Source: an uncultured Thermoanaerobaculia bacterium (GTDB lineage: Bacteria; Acidobacteriota; Thermoanaerobaculia; Multivoradales; JAGPDF01). Taken from it: a DNA stretch of 64,000 bases. A program made the position numbers and the translations under genes. Within the stretch, counting starts at the first letter, position 1, and each line of letters starts with the position of its first letter. A model generated the notes under the pieces. The model did no database searches, had not been told where the DNA came from, and saw only the letters and a program-made list of their open reading frames with translations. The DNA lies in the NCBI GenBank assembly GCA_964618415.1, contig CAZUAT010000007.1:929-64928 (forward strand). The letters run 5' to 3'. This document shows positions 27,235 through 35,795 of the stretch, in pieces.

Positions 27235-27514
27235 CGAAGTCCTCGCCCGCGTCGTCCTCGTCGGCTCCGTCGGGCTGATCGAGCTCGTCGTCCCCGAAAT
27301 CGTCTTCGGCGGACGCCGAGACGGCGTCGTCCTCGGGCAGGTCCACCGGCTCGTCACGCTTGCGACGCCGGACCACGGCCTCTGCGGTCGCCTCCTGCTT
27401 GCGGGCATCCTTCTGGTTGGCGCCGCACTTCGGGCAGATGGGGGCCGGCTTGCCGAGGTCGTAGAACTTGGCGCCGCAGCTGAAGCACTCGTGTTTGTTT
27501 CCCAGTTCGGGCAT
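27224..27514 (-). CDS. FYDLN acid domain protein (TIGR02300-like)
   Basis: MPELGNKHECFSCGAKFYDLGKPAPICPKCG followed by an Asp/Glu-rich tail. Confidence 0.9.
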   Translation of the reverse strand: MPELGNKHECFSCGAKFYDLGKPAPICPKCGANQKDARKQEATAEAVVRRRKRDEPVDLPEDDAVSASAEDDFGDDELDQPDGADEDDAGEDFDDE

Positions 27515-27556
27515 GTCAGGGGATCTCCGGGGGACCGACGGTCCAGCGAGCGCGGG

Positions 27557-27608
27557 ACGGTAGCAGCGGCTTCCGGGGCTGTCAACTGCGTGCCGCGCCG
27601 GATACAAT
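27557..27608. promoter_or_regulatory. Overlapping divergent sigma70-type promoters
   Basis: Minus strand: TTGACA (27585-27580), N17, TACCGT (27562-27557) with an extended TG. Plus strand: CTGTCA (27579-27584), N18, TACAAT (27603-27608). Confidence 0.7.
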
Positions 27609-27663
27609 CGGCGCCTCGCCGGGGCGCGCCTGCGCCTCGCTCGAGTTCTGGATCCCCGCCCCG

Positions 27664-27711
27664 CCCGGCCATCTGCCCGGCCATCTGCCCGGCCATCTGC
27701 TCAGCCATCTG
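27664..27711 (+). repeat. 12-bp tandem array (CCCGGCCATCTG)3 + CTCAGCCATCTG
   Basis: Four units ending directly before the AAGGAG SD of the lolA-like gene. Confidence 0.9.
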
Positions 27712-27731
27712 AAGGAGCCGTACGAAACGCC

Positions 27732-28514
27732 GTGAACTCGATGACCTTTCGCCTCTCGCGCGCTCTCCCGTCGGCCGTCGCCCTGCTGGTGGCCGGTGTC
27801 CTCCTCGCACCGGCCGCCGGACGGGCCGCCGGCCCGGCAGCACCGCCCGATCCCGAAGTGGCGGGGCTCAGCGCTACGGCGCGGCTGCACGCGCTGACCG
27901 AGCGGGTGCGCTGGGAACAGGCCCGTCTGGAGTCGATGGCAGCCCACTTCGTCCAGGAGCGCCAGAGCGAGTTTCTCCTCGCCCCGGAGCGCTCGACCGG
28001 CACGTTCTCGTACGCCCGCCCGGACCGCGTGCGTTGGGAGTACGAGCAGCCGCGGCCGATCTCTCTGGTCGTGAGCGGCAACGAGATGCTGACCTGGTTT
28101 CGTGACCTGGGCCGCGCCGAGCGCGTCAAGATCGGCTCGGTCTCGCGCCAGGTTTTCCACTATCTCAGCGCCAGCGGCTCGCTGGAGTCGCTGCTGTCGT
28201 ACTTTTCGGTGAGTTACTCGCCTCCCGCCCCCGGCGAGCCGTACGTGCTCCTGCTGACCCCTCGCTACGGCCGCATCGAGCGGCGGCTGAAGTCGATGAC
28301 GCTGTGGATCGACCGCGAGAGCTACCTGCCGGTTCGGATGCGCTACGTCGAGCCCAACGGGGACACGACGGAGTACCGGCTCGAGAAGATCGTGCGCAAC
28401 GGACCGATGCCGGCGGACCGGTTCGACCTGCAGCTGCCGGCGACCGTCGAGGTGCGTGAGGTCGAACTCGGCGACGGGGATGCCGGCGGCCCGGCGACCC
28501 TCGGCAAGCGGTGA
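27732..28514 (+). CDS. lolA: LolA-like outer-membrane lipoprotein carrier protein
   Basis: Signal peptide; AHFVQER, STGTFSYARPDRVRWEYEQP, LVVSGN..LTW, LWIDRESYLPVRM..VEPNGDTTEY. Confidence 0.75.
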   Translation: MNSMTFRLSRALPSAVALLVAGVLLAPAAGRAAGPAAPPDPEVAGLSATARLHALTERVRWEQARLESMAAHFVQERQSEFLLAPERSTGTFSYARPDRVRWEYEQPRPISLVVSGNEMLTWFRDLGRAERVKIGSVSRQVFHYLSASGSLESLLSYFSVSYSPPAPGEPYVLLLTPRYGRIERRLKSMTLWIDRESYLPVRMRYVEPNGDTTEYRLEKIVRNGPMPADRFDLQLPATVEVREVELGDGDAGGPATLGKR

Positions 28515-29722
28515 GCGAGTCGCACCTGGCCGGGGCGCCGGGCGGCCCGATCCGTTTCGAAGTCCTCGGTCGGGACGGCGCGGCACGCCGGGGCCGTCTG
28601 CACACGAGGCACGGCGCGATCGAAACGCCGGCGTTCATGCCGGTCGGCACCCAGGGAGCCGTCAAGGGGCTGACTCCGCAGGCGCTCGAAGAGGTCGGGG
28701 CCGAGGTGATGCTGGCCAACCTCTACCATCTCAGTCTGCGCCCCGGCATCGATGCAATCGAACGCGTCGGCGGCGTGCACGCGTTCGCGGGTTGGAAACG
28801 ACCGATCCTGACCGACTCGGGCGGCTTCCAGGTATTCAGCCTGGAGGGGATGCGCAGCGTCGACGAGGCGGGCGTCACCTTTCGCAGCCACCTCGACGGC
28901 GCTGCGCTGCGCTTCACGCCTGCCGGAGTCGTCGAGGCCCAGGAGCGGATCGGAGTCGACATCGCGATGATGCTCGACGAGTGTCCGCCGTGGCCGGTGG
29001 ACGAAGCGCGAGCCCGGTCGGCCTGGGAGCGCACGCGCCGGTGGGCGGAGCGGGCTCTGGCGGCGCGCCGGCGCCCGACCGAGACGGCGCTGTTCGCCAT
29101 CGCGCAGGGCAGCAGCTTTCGCGCTCTGCGCGAGCAGGCCGCGCGCGAGCTCGCGCAGCTGCCGTTCGACGGCGTCGCGATCGGCGGGGTGTCGGTGGGC
29201 GAGCCGGAGGCCGAGCGGCGGGCGGTCGTCGAGTGGACGGCGGCGCTGCTGCCCGAGGACCGGCCGCGGTACCTGATGGGGGTCGGGACGCCCGCCGACC
29301 TCGCCCACGCGGTGGCGCACGGGGTCGACCTGTTCGACTGCGTGCTGCCGGCCCGCAACGGTCGCCACGGCCTGCTCTACACCCGCTCCGGCCTGCTGCG
29401 CATCCGCAACTCGGCTTTTCGCGACGATCCGCGGCCCCTCGATCCGGAGTGCCGCTGCGCGGTCTGCGCGCGGGTCCCGCGCGCCCTCCTGCACCATCTG
29501 ATGCGGGCCGGCGAGATCACCGGGGCGGTGTTCGCGACGGTGCACAACCTGCGTTACTTCCTTGACTTCATGGCGGATCTTCGACAGGCTATCGAGTCTT
29601 GTCAGCTGGAAACACGCCTCCGCTCCGGGGGCGGAGGTCCAGTCGACGGAAACCGTACCGAGAGCCCCGACTCGCCGTCGTCCGGTTCCGCCGGGTTTGT
29701 CCGGTCGGTCCCCCGATCCTGA
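28511..29722 (+). CDS. tgt: Queuine tRNA-ribosyltransferase
   Basis: TPAFMPVGTQG, NLYHL, ILTDSGGFQVFSL, AIGGVSVGE, PRYLMGVG, DLFDCVLPARNGRHG, zinc CRCAVC...HN. Confidence 0.97.
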   Translation: MSESHLAGAPGGPIRFEVLGRDGAARRGRLHTRHGAIETPAFMPVGTQGAVKGLTPQALEEVGAEVMLANLYHLSLRPGIDAIERVGGVHAFAGWKRPILTDSGGFQVFSLEGMRSVDEAGVTFRSHLDGAALRFTPAGVVEAQERIGVDIAMMLDECPPWPVDEARARSAWERTRRWAERALAARRRPTETALFAIAQGSSFRALREQAARELAQLPFDGVAIGGVSVGEPEAERRAVVEWTAALLPEDRPRYLMGVGTPADLAHAVAHGVDLFDCVLPARNGRHGLLYTRSGLLRIRNSAFRDDPRPLDPECRCAVCARVPRALLHHLMRAGEITGAVFATVHNLRYFLDFMADLRQAIESCQLETRLRSGGGGPVDGNRTESPDSPSSGSAGFVRSVPRS

Positions 29723-29829
29723 TTTCGGCTTACCTGCCGACCCGGACATCGGAGGAACCACGGAGGATCCGCGCAGGAGGCGCTGCGCGACGCAGCCGGG
29801 TTCGCGGATCTCGTGACCGGAGGCGATCC

Positions 29830-30156
29830 ATGCCGTTCTTCCTACTCCAGGCGTCCGCGCCGGGTTCGGCGCCGTCGGCGCTGGTCCAGCTGGTCCCGGT
29901 GCTGCTGATCTTCGGGATCTTCTACTTCCTGCTGCTGGCGCCGATGCGCAAGCGCCAGAAGGCCCACCAGGCGATGCTCGGCCAGCTCAAGCGGGGCGAC
30001 AAGGTGGTGACCAACGGCGGATTGCTCGGCGAGATCGCGGCGGTCGAAGACAAGGTCGTCCATCTCAAGCTGGCCGACAACGTCCGCGTGCGGGTGGCCA
30101 AGTCGGCGGTCGCCGGCATCGAGGGCGAGCCCGGCAGCGAAGGGGGCAAGGGATGA
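29830..30156 (+). CDS. yajC: Preprotein translocase subunit YajC
   Basis: IFYFLLLAPMRKRQK, LKRGDKVVTNGGLLGEI; tgt-yajC-secD-secF synteny. Confidence 0.95.
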   Translation: MPFFLLQASAPGSAPSALVQLVPVLLIFGIFYFLLLAPMRKRQKAHQAMLGQLKRGDKVVTNGGLLGEIAAVEDKVVHLKLADNVRVRVAKSAVAGIEGEPGSEGGKG

Positions 30157-31736
30157 ACCGCAGCATTCTCTGGCGGGGAGTGCTGATTTTCGGCCTCGCC
30201 GGGCTGGCCATCTGGGCCGCCTATCCGCCCCAGAAGAAGATCAATCTCGGCCTCGACCTGCAGGGCGGCATCCACCTCGAGCTCCAGGTGCGCACCCAGG
30301 ACGCGGTGCGGGCGGAGACCGACCGCGACATGGAGATTCTGCGTCGGGAAGCGACCGGCGCCGGAATCGTCGGCCTTTCGACGAACCGGCTCACCGACAC
30401 CCGCTTCGAAGTCACCGGGCTCGCCGAGTCCGACCAGAGCCGCTTCGACGAGGTGACGCGCAAGTGGCTGGGCAACGCCTGGAACGCGGAGAAGGGCGTC
30501 GGCGGACGGGTGGTGTTCAACATGGCGCCGGCCAACGAGCGCGCCATCCGCGACCTGTCGGTCAATCAGGCGCAGCAGACCATCCGCAACCGTATCGACC
30601 AGTTCGGCGTCGCCGAACCGGTCATCGCGCGCCAGGGCGCCACCAGCGACCGCATCGTCGTTCAACTCCCGGGCGTGGACGATCCGGAGCGCGTGAAGCG
30701 ACTGATCAAGAACACGGCGTTTCTCGAGTTCCGGCTCTGCGACTTTCCGTGGACGGGAGCCGGCGCTGGATCACGCGACGACATCCTCGCCCACTACGGC
30801 GGGCGCCTGCCGGACAACATCGAGATCCTGCCCGAGGTACGGCGCGACTCGTCGACCGGCCAGGTGCTCTCGCAGGCTTTCTGGGCGGTCGAGAAGCGGC
30901 AGGTGATCACCGGCCGCGACCTCAAGCACGCCAGCCCCTCGCAGGGACAGTTCGGGCAGCCGGTCGTCTCGTTCAACCTGAACGTGGACGGCGCGCGGGC
31001 GTTCGGCGAGGCCACCGGCGCGAACATCGGCCGCGGTCTGGCAATCGTGCTCGACGGAACGATCGTCTCGGCGCCGCAGATCAACGGTCGGATCACCGAT
31101 TCGGGCGTCATCGAGGGCAACTTCACGCAGCAGGAGGTGCAGGACCTCGTCACCACGCTGCGCTCCGGCGCGCTGCCGGCGGGCATCGACTACGTCGAGG
31201 ACAGGACGGTCGGCCCGTCGCTCGGACAGGATTCGATCGATTCGAGCATCAAGGCGGGTTTGCTGTCGATGATCTGCATCGTGCTGTCGCTGCTGATCGT
31301 GTACCGGCTGTCCGGCCTCAACGCTCTGTTCGGTCTGGCGCTCAACGTGCTGCTGCTGTTCGGAGCACTGGCCTATTTCGACGCCACGCTTACGCTGCCC
31401 GGCACCGCCGGCATCGTGCTGTCCATCGCCATGGCGGTGGACGCCAACGTGCTGATCTTCGAGCGGATCAAGGAGGAGCTGCGAGCCGGCAAGACGCTCC
31501 GGTCAGCGATCGATGCCGGGTTCCAGAATGCGCTGTCGTCGATCCTCGACTCCAACATCACGACGCTGATCGCGGCCCTTTTCCTGTTCCAGTTCGGCAC
31601 CGGACCGATTCGCGGCTTCGCGGTCACGCTCTCAATCGGCATCCTCGGCACGCTCTTCTGCGCGATCTACGTCAGCCGCTGGCTCTTCGAGGTGACGCAG
31701 ACCCTGCGCCCGAACGCCGGGAAACTTTCCATCTGA
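30153..31736 (+). CDS. secD: Protein translocase subunit SecD
   Basis: LGLDLQGG, IRNRIDQFGVAEP, IVVQLPG, AIVLDG, LRSGALP, VGPSLG, LTLPG.AG, AVDANVLIFERIKEE. Confidence 0.97.
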   Translation: MNRSILWRGVLIFGLAGLAIWAAYPPQKKINLGLDLQGGIHLELQVRTQDAVRAETDRDMEILRREATGAGIVGLSTNRLTDTRFEVTGLAESDQSRFDEVTRKWLGNAWNAEKGVGGRVVFNMAPANERAIRDLSVNQAQQTIRNRIDQFGVAEPVIARQGATSDRIVVQLPGVDDPERVKRLIKNTAFLEFRLCDFPWTGAGAGSRDDILAHYGGRLPDNIEILPEVRRDSSTGQVLSQAFWAVEKRQVITGRDLKHASPSQGQFGQPVVSFNLNVDGARAFGEATGANIGRGLAIVLDGTIVSAPQINGRITDSGVIEGNFTQQEVQDLVTTLRSGALPAGIDYVEDRTVGPSLGQDSIDSSIKAGLLSMICIVLSLLIVYRLSGLNALFGLALNVLLLFGALAYFDATLTLPGTAGIVLSIAMAVDANVLIFERIKEELRAGKTLRSAIDAGFQNALSSILDSNITTLIAALFLFQFGTGPIRGFAVTLSIGILGTLFCAIYVSRWLFEVTQTLRPNAGKLSI

Positions 31737-31767
31737 CGGGCGCCAGGCGACCCGGGGAGCCCTATCG

Positions 31768-32973
31768 ATGGACATTCTGACCAACACCAAGATCGACTTC
31801 ATGAAGTATCGCCGCTTCTGGCTGGCCTTCTCCTTCGTGGTGATGGCAATCGGCGCGGTGGCGATCTTCTTCCTCGGTCACCTCAACATGGGCATCGATT
31901 TCGCCGGCGGAACGCAGCTGACGCTGAAGTTTGCCGAGCGGCCGGATGTCGAGCAGCTGCGCTCCGTGGTGACCGGCGCTGGCGTGGGCGACGCGCAGCT
32001 CCAGCGGTTCGGGGATCCGGCGAGCAACGAGGTGATCATCGGCACGCCGATCCTCGAGGGCAAACCGGAGGGCAGCGCCGCGGAGGTCCTGGCCGCGATC
32101 GACGCGCGGTACAACGCCGGGGCCGACAGCCGGTCGGACATCAACCGGATCGGCACGCTGTCACTGGCCGACCTGCTGGCCGCGACGGATCCCGACGGCG
32201 TCGGACCCGAGAGCGCAGCCGGGCACTACACGGGAGTGGCCGAGTCGGTGATGGCCGAGCGCAAGCGGCTCGGTATCTTCGTCTCCTGGGACGAAGTGGC
32301 GCGAGCGGCGGGACTCTCTCCGCGGGCCCTGGAGGCCATCAAGGCTCAGGGCAGGATCGGCAGCTACTCGGTGCTCGGCAGCGGCAACGTGAGCCCGCAG
32401 GTCGGATCGGAGATCCGTCAGCGCGGCATCCTCGCGGTAGTCGGCGCGATCCTGGGCATGCTGCTCTACATCTGGATCCGGTTCGAGCTTCGGTTCGGGA
32501 TCGGCGCGACGATGTCGATTCTGCACGACGTGCTCATCACCCTCGGCATCTATGCCTTCATGGGTTACGAATTCAACCTCACCACGGTCGCCGCGTTCCT
32601 GACGTTGATCGGCTACTCGGTGAACGACACGGTCGTCACCTTCGACCGCGTCCGCGAGAACATGCGCAAGACCCGCGGCGGCGACCTGCTGACGCTGATC
32701 AACCGCAGTCTCAACGAAATGCTGGCCCGGACCCTGTTGACCGGCGGCACGACGGTCCTCGCCGCGCTGATGCTCTGGCTGTTCGGTGGGGAGGCAATTC
32801 GCGGCTTCGCCTTCATCATTCTGGTCGGCATCATCGTCGGCACCTATTCGTCGATCTACATCGCCAGCCCGTTCGCGATCCTCTGGGAGGAGTGGTTCGG
32901 GCCCGGCGGGCGCTTCCATCGCGACAAGGGCAAGCCGCAGCGCGCGGGTGCGGCTCCGGCTGCCTCCCGCTGA
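31768..32973 (+). CDS. secF: Protein translocase subunit SecF with an extra periplasmic HhH-like insertion
   Basis: GIDFAGGT, VSPQVG, IRFE, HDVLIT, IGYSVNDTVVTFDRVREN, RTLLT, GTYSSIYIA; ~70-aa insertion at about 32137-32352. Confidence 0.95.
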   Translation: MDILTNTKIDFMKYRRFWLAFSFVVMAIGAVAIFFLGHLNMGIDFAGGTQLTLKFAERPDVEQLRSVVTGAGVGDAQLQRFGDPASNEVIIGTPILEGKPEGSAAEVLAAIDARYNAGADSRSDINRIGTLSLADLLAATDPDGVGPESAAGHYTGVAESVMAERKRLGIFVSWDEVARAAGLSPRALEAIKAQGRIGSYSVLGSGNVSPQVGSEIRQRGILAVVGAILGMLLYIWIRFELRFGIGATMSILHDVLITLGIYAFMGYEFNLTTVAAFLTLIGYSVNDTVVTFDRVRENMRKTRGGDLLTLINRSLNEMLARTLLTGGTTVLAALMLWLFGGEAIRGFAFIILVGIIVGTYSSIYIASPFAILWEEWFGPGGRFHRDKGKPQRAGAAPAASR

Positions 32974-33022
32974 ACATCCGTAGAATCGTCACCGGTGGCA
33001 GCTGCCTGTCCGGGCGCCGCCG

Positions 33023-35266
33023 GTGACACCGATGACCGACCACAAACGCCAGCCCGCGCCACCCGTTACGCCGCCGCGCCCGCCAGGGCTCGAGGAGCTG
33101 GCCGTCCATCTGGAGCGCAACGGGCGCGCAGTCGACCGCGTCCTGCTCGCCCGGGCCTGGGGGTTCTCGGCGGAGATGCACCGCGACCAGGTGCGCCGCT
33201 CCGGTGAGCCGTACCTGACGCACCCGGCGAGCGTCGCCTGGCTGCTGGCCGATCTGCGGCTCGACCTGACGAGCGTCGTCGTGGCGCTGCTCCACGACGT
33301 GCTCGAGGACACGCTGACCACGCGTGAGCGCCTGGAGCGCGAGTTCGGCAGCGAGATCGCCGAGCTCGTCGACGGCGTGACCAAGATCGGCCGGCACATG
33401 TACGTTCGCAAGGACGACGCCCAGGCCGAGACCTTCCGCAAGATGATCCTCGCGTCGGCACGGGACATCCGGGTGATCCTCGTCAAGCTGGCCGACCGGC
33501 TGCACAACATGATGACCCTCGGGTCGATGTCACCCGAGGCGCGGCGGCGGATCTCGCAGGAGACTCTCGAGATCTACGCCCCGATCGCCAACCGTCTCGG
33601 CATGGCCAAGGTCAAGGGCGATCTCGAGGACCTGGCGTTCTTCTACCTCTGGCCCCTGCAGTTCGCGGCGCTGCAGCAGGCCGTCAACGAGAAGGTCCGG
33701 GTCGGCAAGGCGGCGACCCGCCAGATCGCTGAACGGCTTGCCGCCAGTCTCGCCGAGGCCGGTGTCGAGTGCGAGATCAGCCATCGCGTGAAGCGCTTCT
33801 ACTCGATCTTCCAGAAGCTGCGGCGGCAGGAGATCGAGGTCTCCGAGCTCTACGACTACCTCGCCTTCCGCATCGTCACTCCGGAGCTGCGCGACTGCTA
33901 TACCGCGCTCGGGGTGGTCCACCAGAACTGGCGCCCGATTCCGGGCCGGTTCAAGGACTACATCGCGATGCCGAAGCCGAACCTCTATCAGTCCCTGCAC
34001 ACCACGCTGCTGGGCCCCGCGGGACAGCCGTTCGAAGTGCAGATCCGGACCCGCGAGATGGATCTGGTGGCCGAGGAGGGCATCGCCGCGCACTGGCGCT
34101 ACAAGGAGGGCAAGGCGGAGAACGCTTCGATCGACCGCAATGTCCTCTGGCTGCGGCAGCTGGTCGACGAGCACATCGAGGGCGAGGACTCACGCACCTT
34201 CCTGTCGACGCTCAAGGTCGACCTCTACCCGGACGAGGTCTACGCCTTCTCGCCGAAGGGCGACGTCTTCGCACTGCCCCGCGGAGCCACGCCGCTCGAT
34301 TTCGCATACCGGATTCACACCGATATCGGACATCACTGCGCGGGCGCGCGCGTCAACGGGCGGCTGGTGCCGCTGCGCACGGCGCTGCGCACCGGGGACG
34401 TGGTCGAGGTGCTGACCCATGCCTCCCGGCACCCGAGCCGCGACTGGCTCTCCTGGGTGGCAACGCCGAAGGCGAAGTCGCGCATCCGGCAGTGGATCAA
34501 CACCCAGCAGACCGCGGAGGCGATCCAGGTCGGGCGGCGCCTGCTCGAGAAGGAGCTGCAGCGGCTGCGCACCGCGCCGCGCGCCGTCTACGAGGGCGAG
34601 ACGTTCCGCGGGCTGCTGGTCGACGAGGGGCTGGCTCGCCCGGAGGATCTGCTGGCCCGCATCGGGTACGGAAAGATGTCGGTCCATCAGGTGCTGGAAC
34701 GCGTCCTGACGCGCGAGCAGCTGGACCGCGAGCCGGTGGTCCCGGGGCGGCTCCGGCAGGCCTTCGAGCGGCTGGTGCCGCGGCGGGGCGGCGCCGGCCC
34801 GATCCAGGTGCGCGGTCAGGGTGATCTGATGGTCGTGCTCGCCAAGTGCTGCCGCCCGCTGCCCGGCGAGGAGATCGTCGGCTACGTGACCCGAGGCCGC
34901 GGCGTCTCGGTGCACTCGGTCAGCTGCCCGAACGTGCGCAACCTGCTCTACAACCCCGAGCGCGAGATCGAGGTGGCGTGGGCGAGCGGCGAGGATGGCC
35001 TCTATCCCGTCTCGCTGCTCATCCGCACGGAGGACCGGCGAGGGATGCTGGCCAAGCTGACCGAGGCGATCGCCAAGCTCGACACCAACATCCGTCAGAT
35101 CGAGGCCGACACCGAGAACCCGGGGCGCGGCCACATCGAGGTGGTGCTCGACGTGCGCGACAGTGCCCATCTGGAGAGGGTGCGCCGCGCTCTGCGCGGC
35201 CAGCCCGGCGTGCTCGATGTCAGCCGGCGCATGCCCGGCGCCGCGCGGAGCGACGACCTGGGCTGA
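33023..35266 (+). CDS. relA: Bifunctional (p)ppGpp synthetase/hydrolase (long RSH)
   Basis: HRDQVRRSGEPYLTHP, intact LLHDVLED, VKLADRLHNM, FKDYIAMPKPNLYQSLHT, TGS domain, KCCRPLPG, C-terminal ACT. Start GTG 33023 or ATG 33032. Confidence 0.96.
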   Translation: MTPMTDHKRQPAPPVTPPRPPGLEELAVHLERNGRAVDRVLLARAWGFSAEMHRDQVRRSGEPYLTHPASVAWLLADLRLDLTSVVVALLHDVLEDTLTTRERLEREFGSEIAELVDGVTKIGRHMYVRKDDAQAETFRKMILASARDIRVILVKLADRLHNMMTLGSMSPEARRRISQETLEIYAPIANRLGMAKVKGDLEDLAFFYLWPLQFAALQQAVNEKVRVGKAATRQIAERLAASLAEAGVECEISHRVKRFYSIFQKLRRQEIEVSELYDYLAFRIVTPELRDCYTALGVVHQNWRPIPGRFKDYIAMPKPNLYQSLHTTLLGPAGQPFEVQIRTREMDLVAEEGIAAHWRYKEGKAENASIDRNVLWLRQLVDEHIEGEDSRTFLSTLKVDLYPDEVYAFSPKGDVFALPRGATPLDFAYRIHTDIGHHCAGARVNGRLVPLRTALRTGDVVEVLTHASRHPSRDWLSWVATPKAKSRIRQWINTQQTAEAIQVGRRLLEKELQRLRTAPRAVYEGETFRGLLVDEGLARPEDLLARIGYGKMSVHQVLERVLTREQLDREPVVPGRLRQAFERLVPRRGGAGPIQVRGQGDLMVVLAKCCRPLPGEEIVGYVTRGRGVSVHSVSCPNVRNLLYNPEREIEVAWASGEDGLYPVSLLIRTEDRRGMLAKLTEAIAKLDTNIRQIEADTENPGRGHIEVVLDVRDSAHLERVRRALRGQPGVLDVSRRMPGAARSDDLG

Positions 35267-35293
35267 GGACCGGCGGCGCGGCCGCGACGCCGC

Positions 35294-35524
35294 TTACTTG
35301 CCGGTGGGGGTTTCGGCGGGGGTCCAGGTGCGGACCGGCGGGCGTGCGACCTTGCCGCTGCGCAGGCAACGCGCGCAGACGCGCACCCGCTTGACGGTGC
35401 CGTCGATCAGCGCCTTGACGGAGCGCAGGTTCGGCTCCCAGGTCCGCGAGGTCACGTTGTGCGCGTGGCTGACCTTGCGTCCGGTGACGGTGGACTTGCC
35501 GCAGACTTCACACTGCTTCGCCAT
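35294..35524 (-). CDS. rpmB: 50S ribosomal protein L28
   Basis: MAKQCEVCGK..VTGRKVSHAHN.TSRTWEPNL ... VCARCLRSGKV. Confidence 0.97.
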   Translation of the reverse strand: MAKQCEVCGKSTVTGRKVSHAHNVTSRTWEPNLRSVKALIDGTVKRVRVCARCLRSGKVARPPVRTWTPAETPTGK

Positions 35525-35596
35525 GATGCAACTCCGAAAGACTCGCAGGGAACCGGTGGTGGATCCTCGGCTTCGCCCGGGCGGGCGAACCGGCCG

Positions 35597-35626
35597 ATTC
35601 TAGCCTTGCTTCCCCCAGGCCCGCAA
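35597..35626 (-). promoter_or_regulatory. Sigma70-type promoter for rpmB
   Basis: TTGCGG, N18, TAGAAT on the minus strand. Confidence 0.55.
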
Positions 35627-35701
35627 CCCGGCCTCGGAGGGGGTCCGAATCGGGGCTGTGCAATACTGCACAAGGATTTGGGCAGCATTTTCGGCAACCC
35701 C

Positions 35702-35730
35702 TTGACAGGCCTTGGGGTTGCTGGTACCTT
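35702..35730 (+). promoter_or_regulatory. Sigma70-type promoter for the pilM operon
   Basis: TTGACA (35702-35707), N17, TACCTT (35725-35730). Confidence 0.75.
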
Positions 35731-35795
35731 GCTGACACGAATCGCTAGTAAGAAGTGCGGTCGGCGAGCTCGCTGGAGAGGGGGTAGATCGCATC

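Noticed and set aside
27664-27711. Possible CRISPR array
   Set aside because: The units are contiguous 12-mers with no spacers, and no cas genes are in the window.
27235-27843. Upstream extension of the folK frame including QMAG repeats
   Set aside because: It overlaps the FYDLN gene and the lolA leader and lies upstream of the strong minus-strand promoter at 27557-27585. The QMAG repeats are simply the reverse complement of the 12-bp array.
32995-33207. Out-of-frame ORF starting 8 nt after TAGAAT upstream of rel
   Set aside because: It overlaps rel in another frame with shadow-like composition; the TAGAAT is better explained as an internal promoter for rel.
35294-35524. Zinc-binding (two CxxC) form of L28
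   Set aside because: A common known variant; not unusual.
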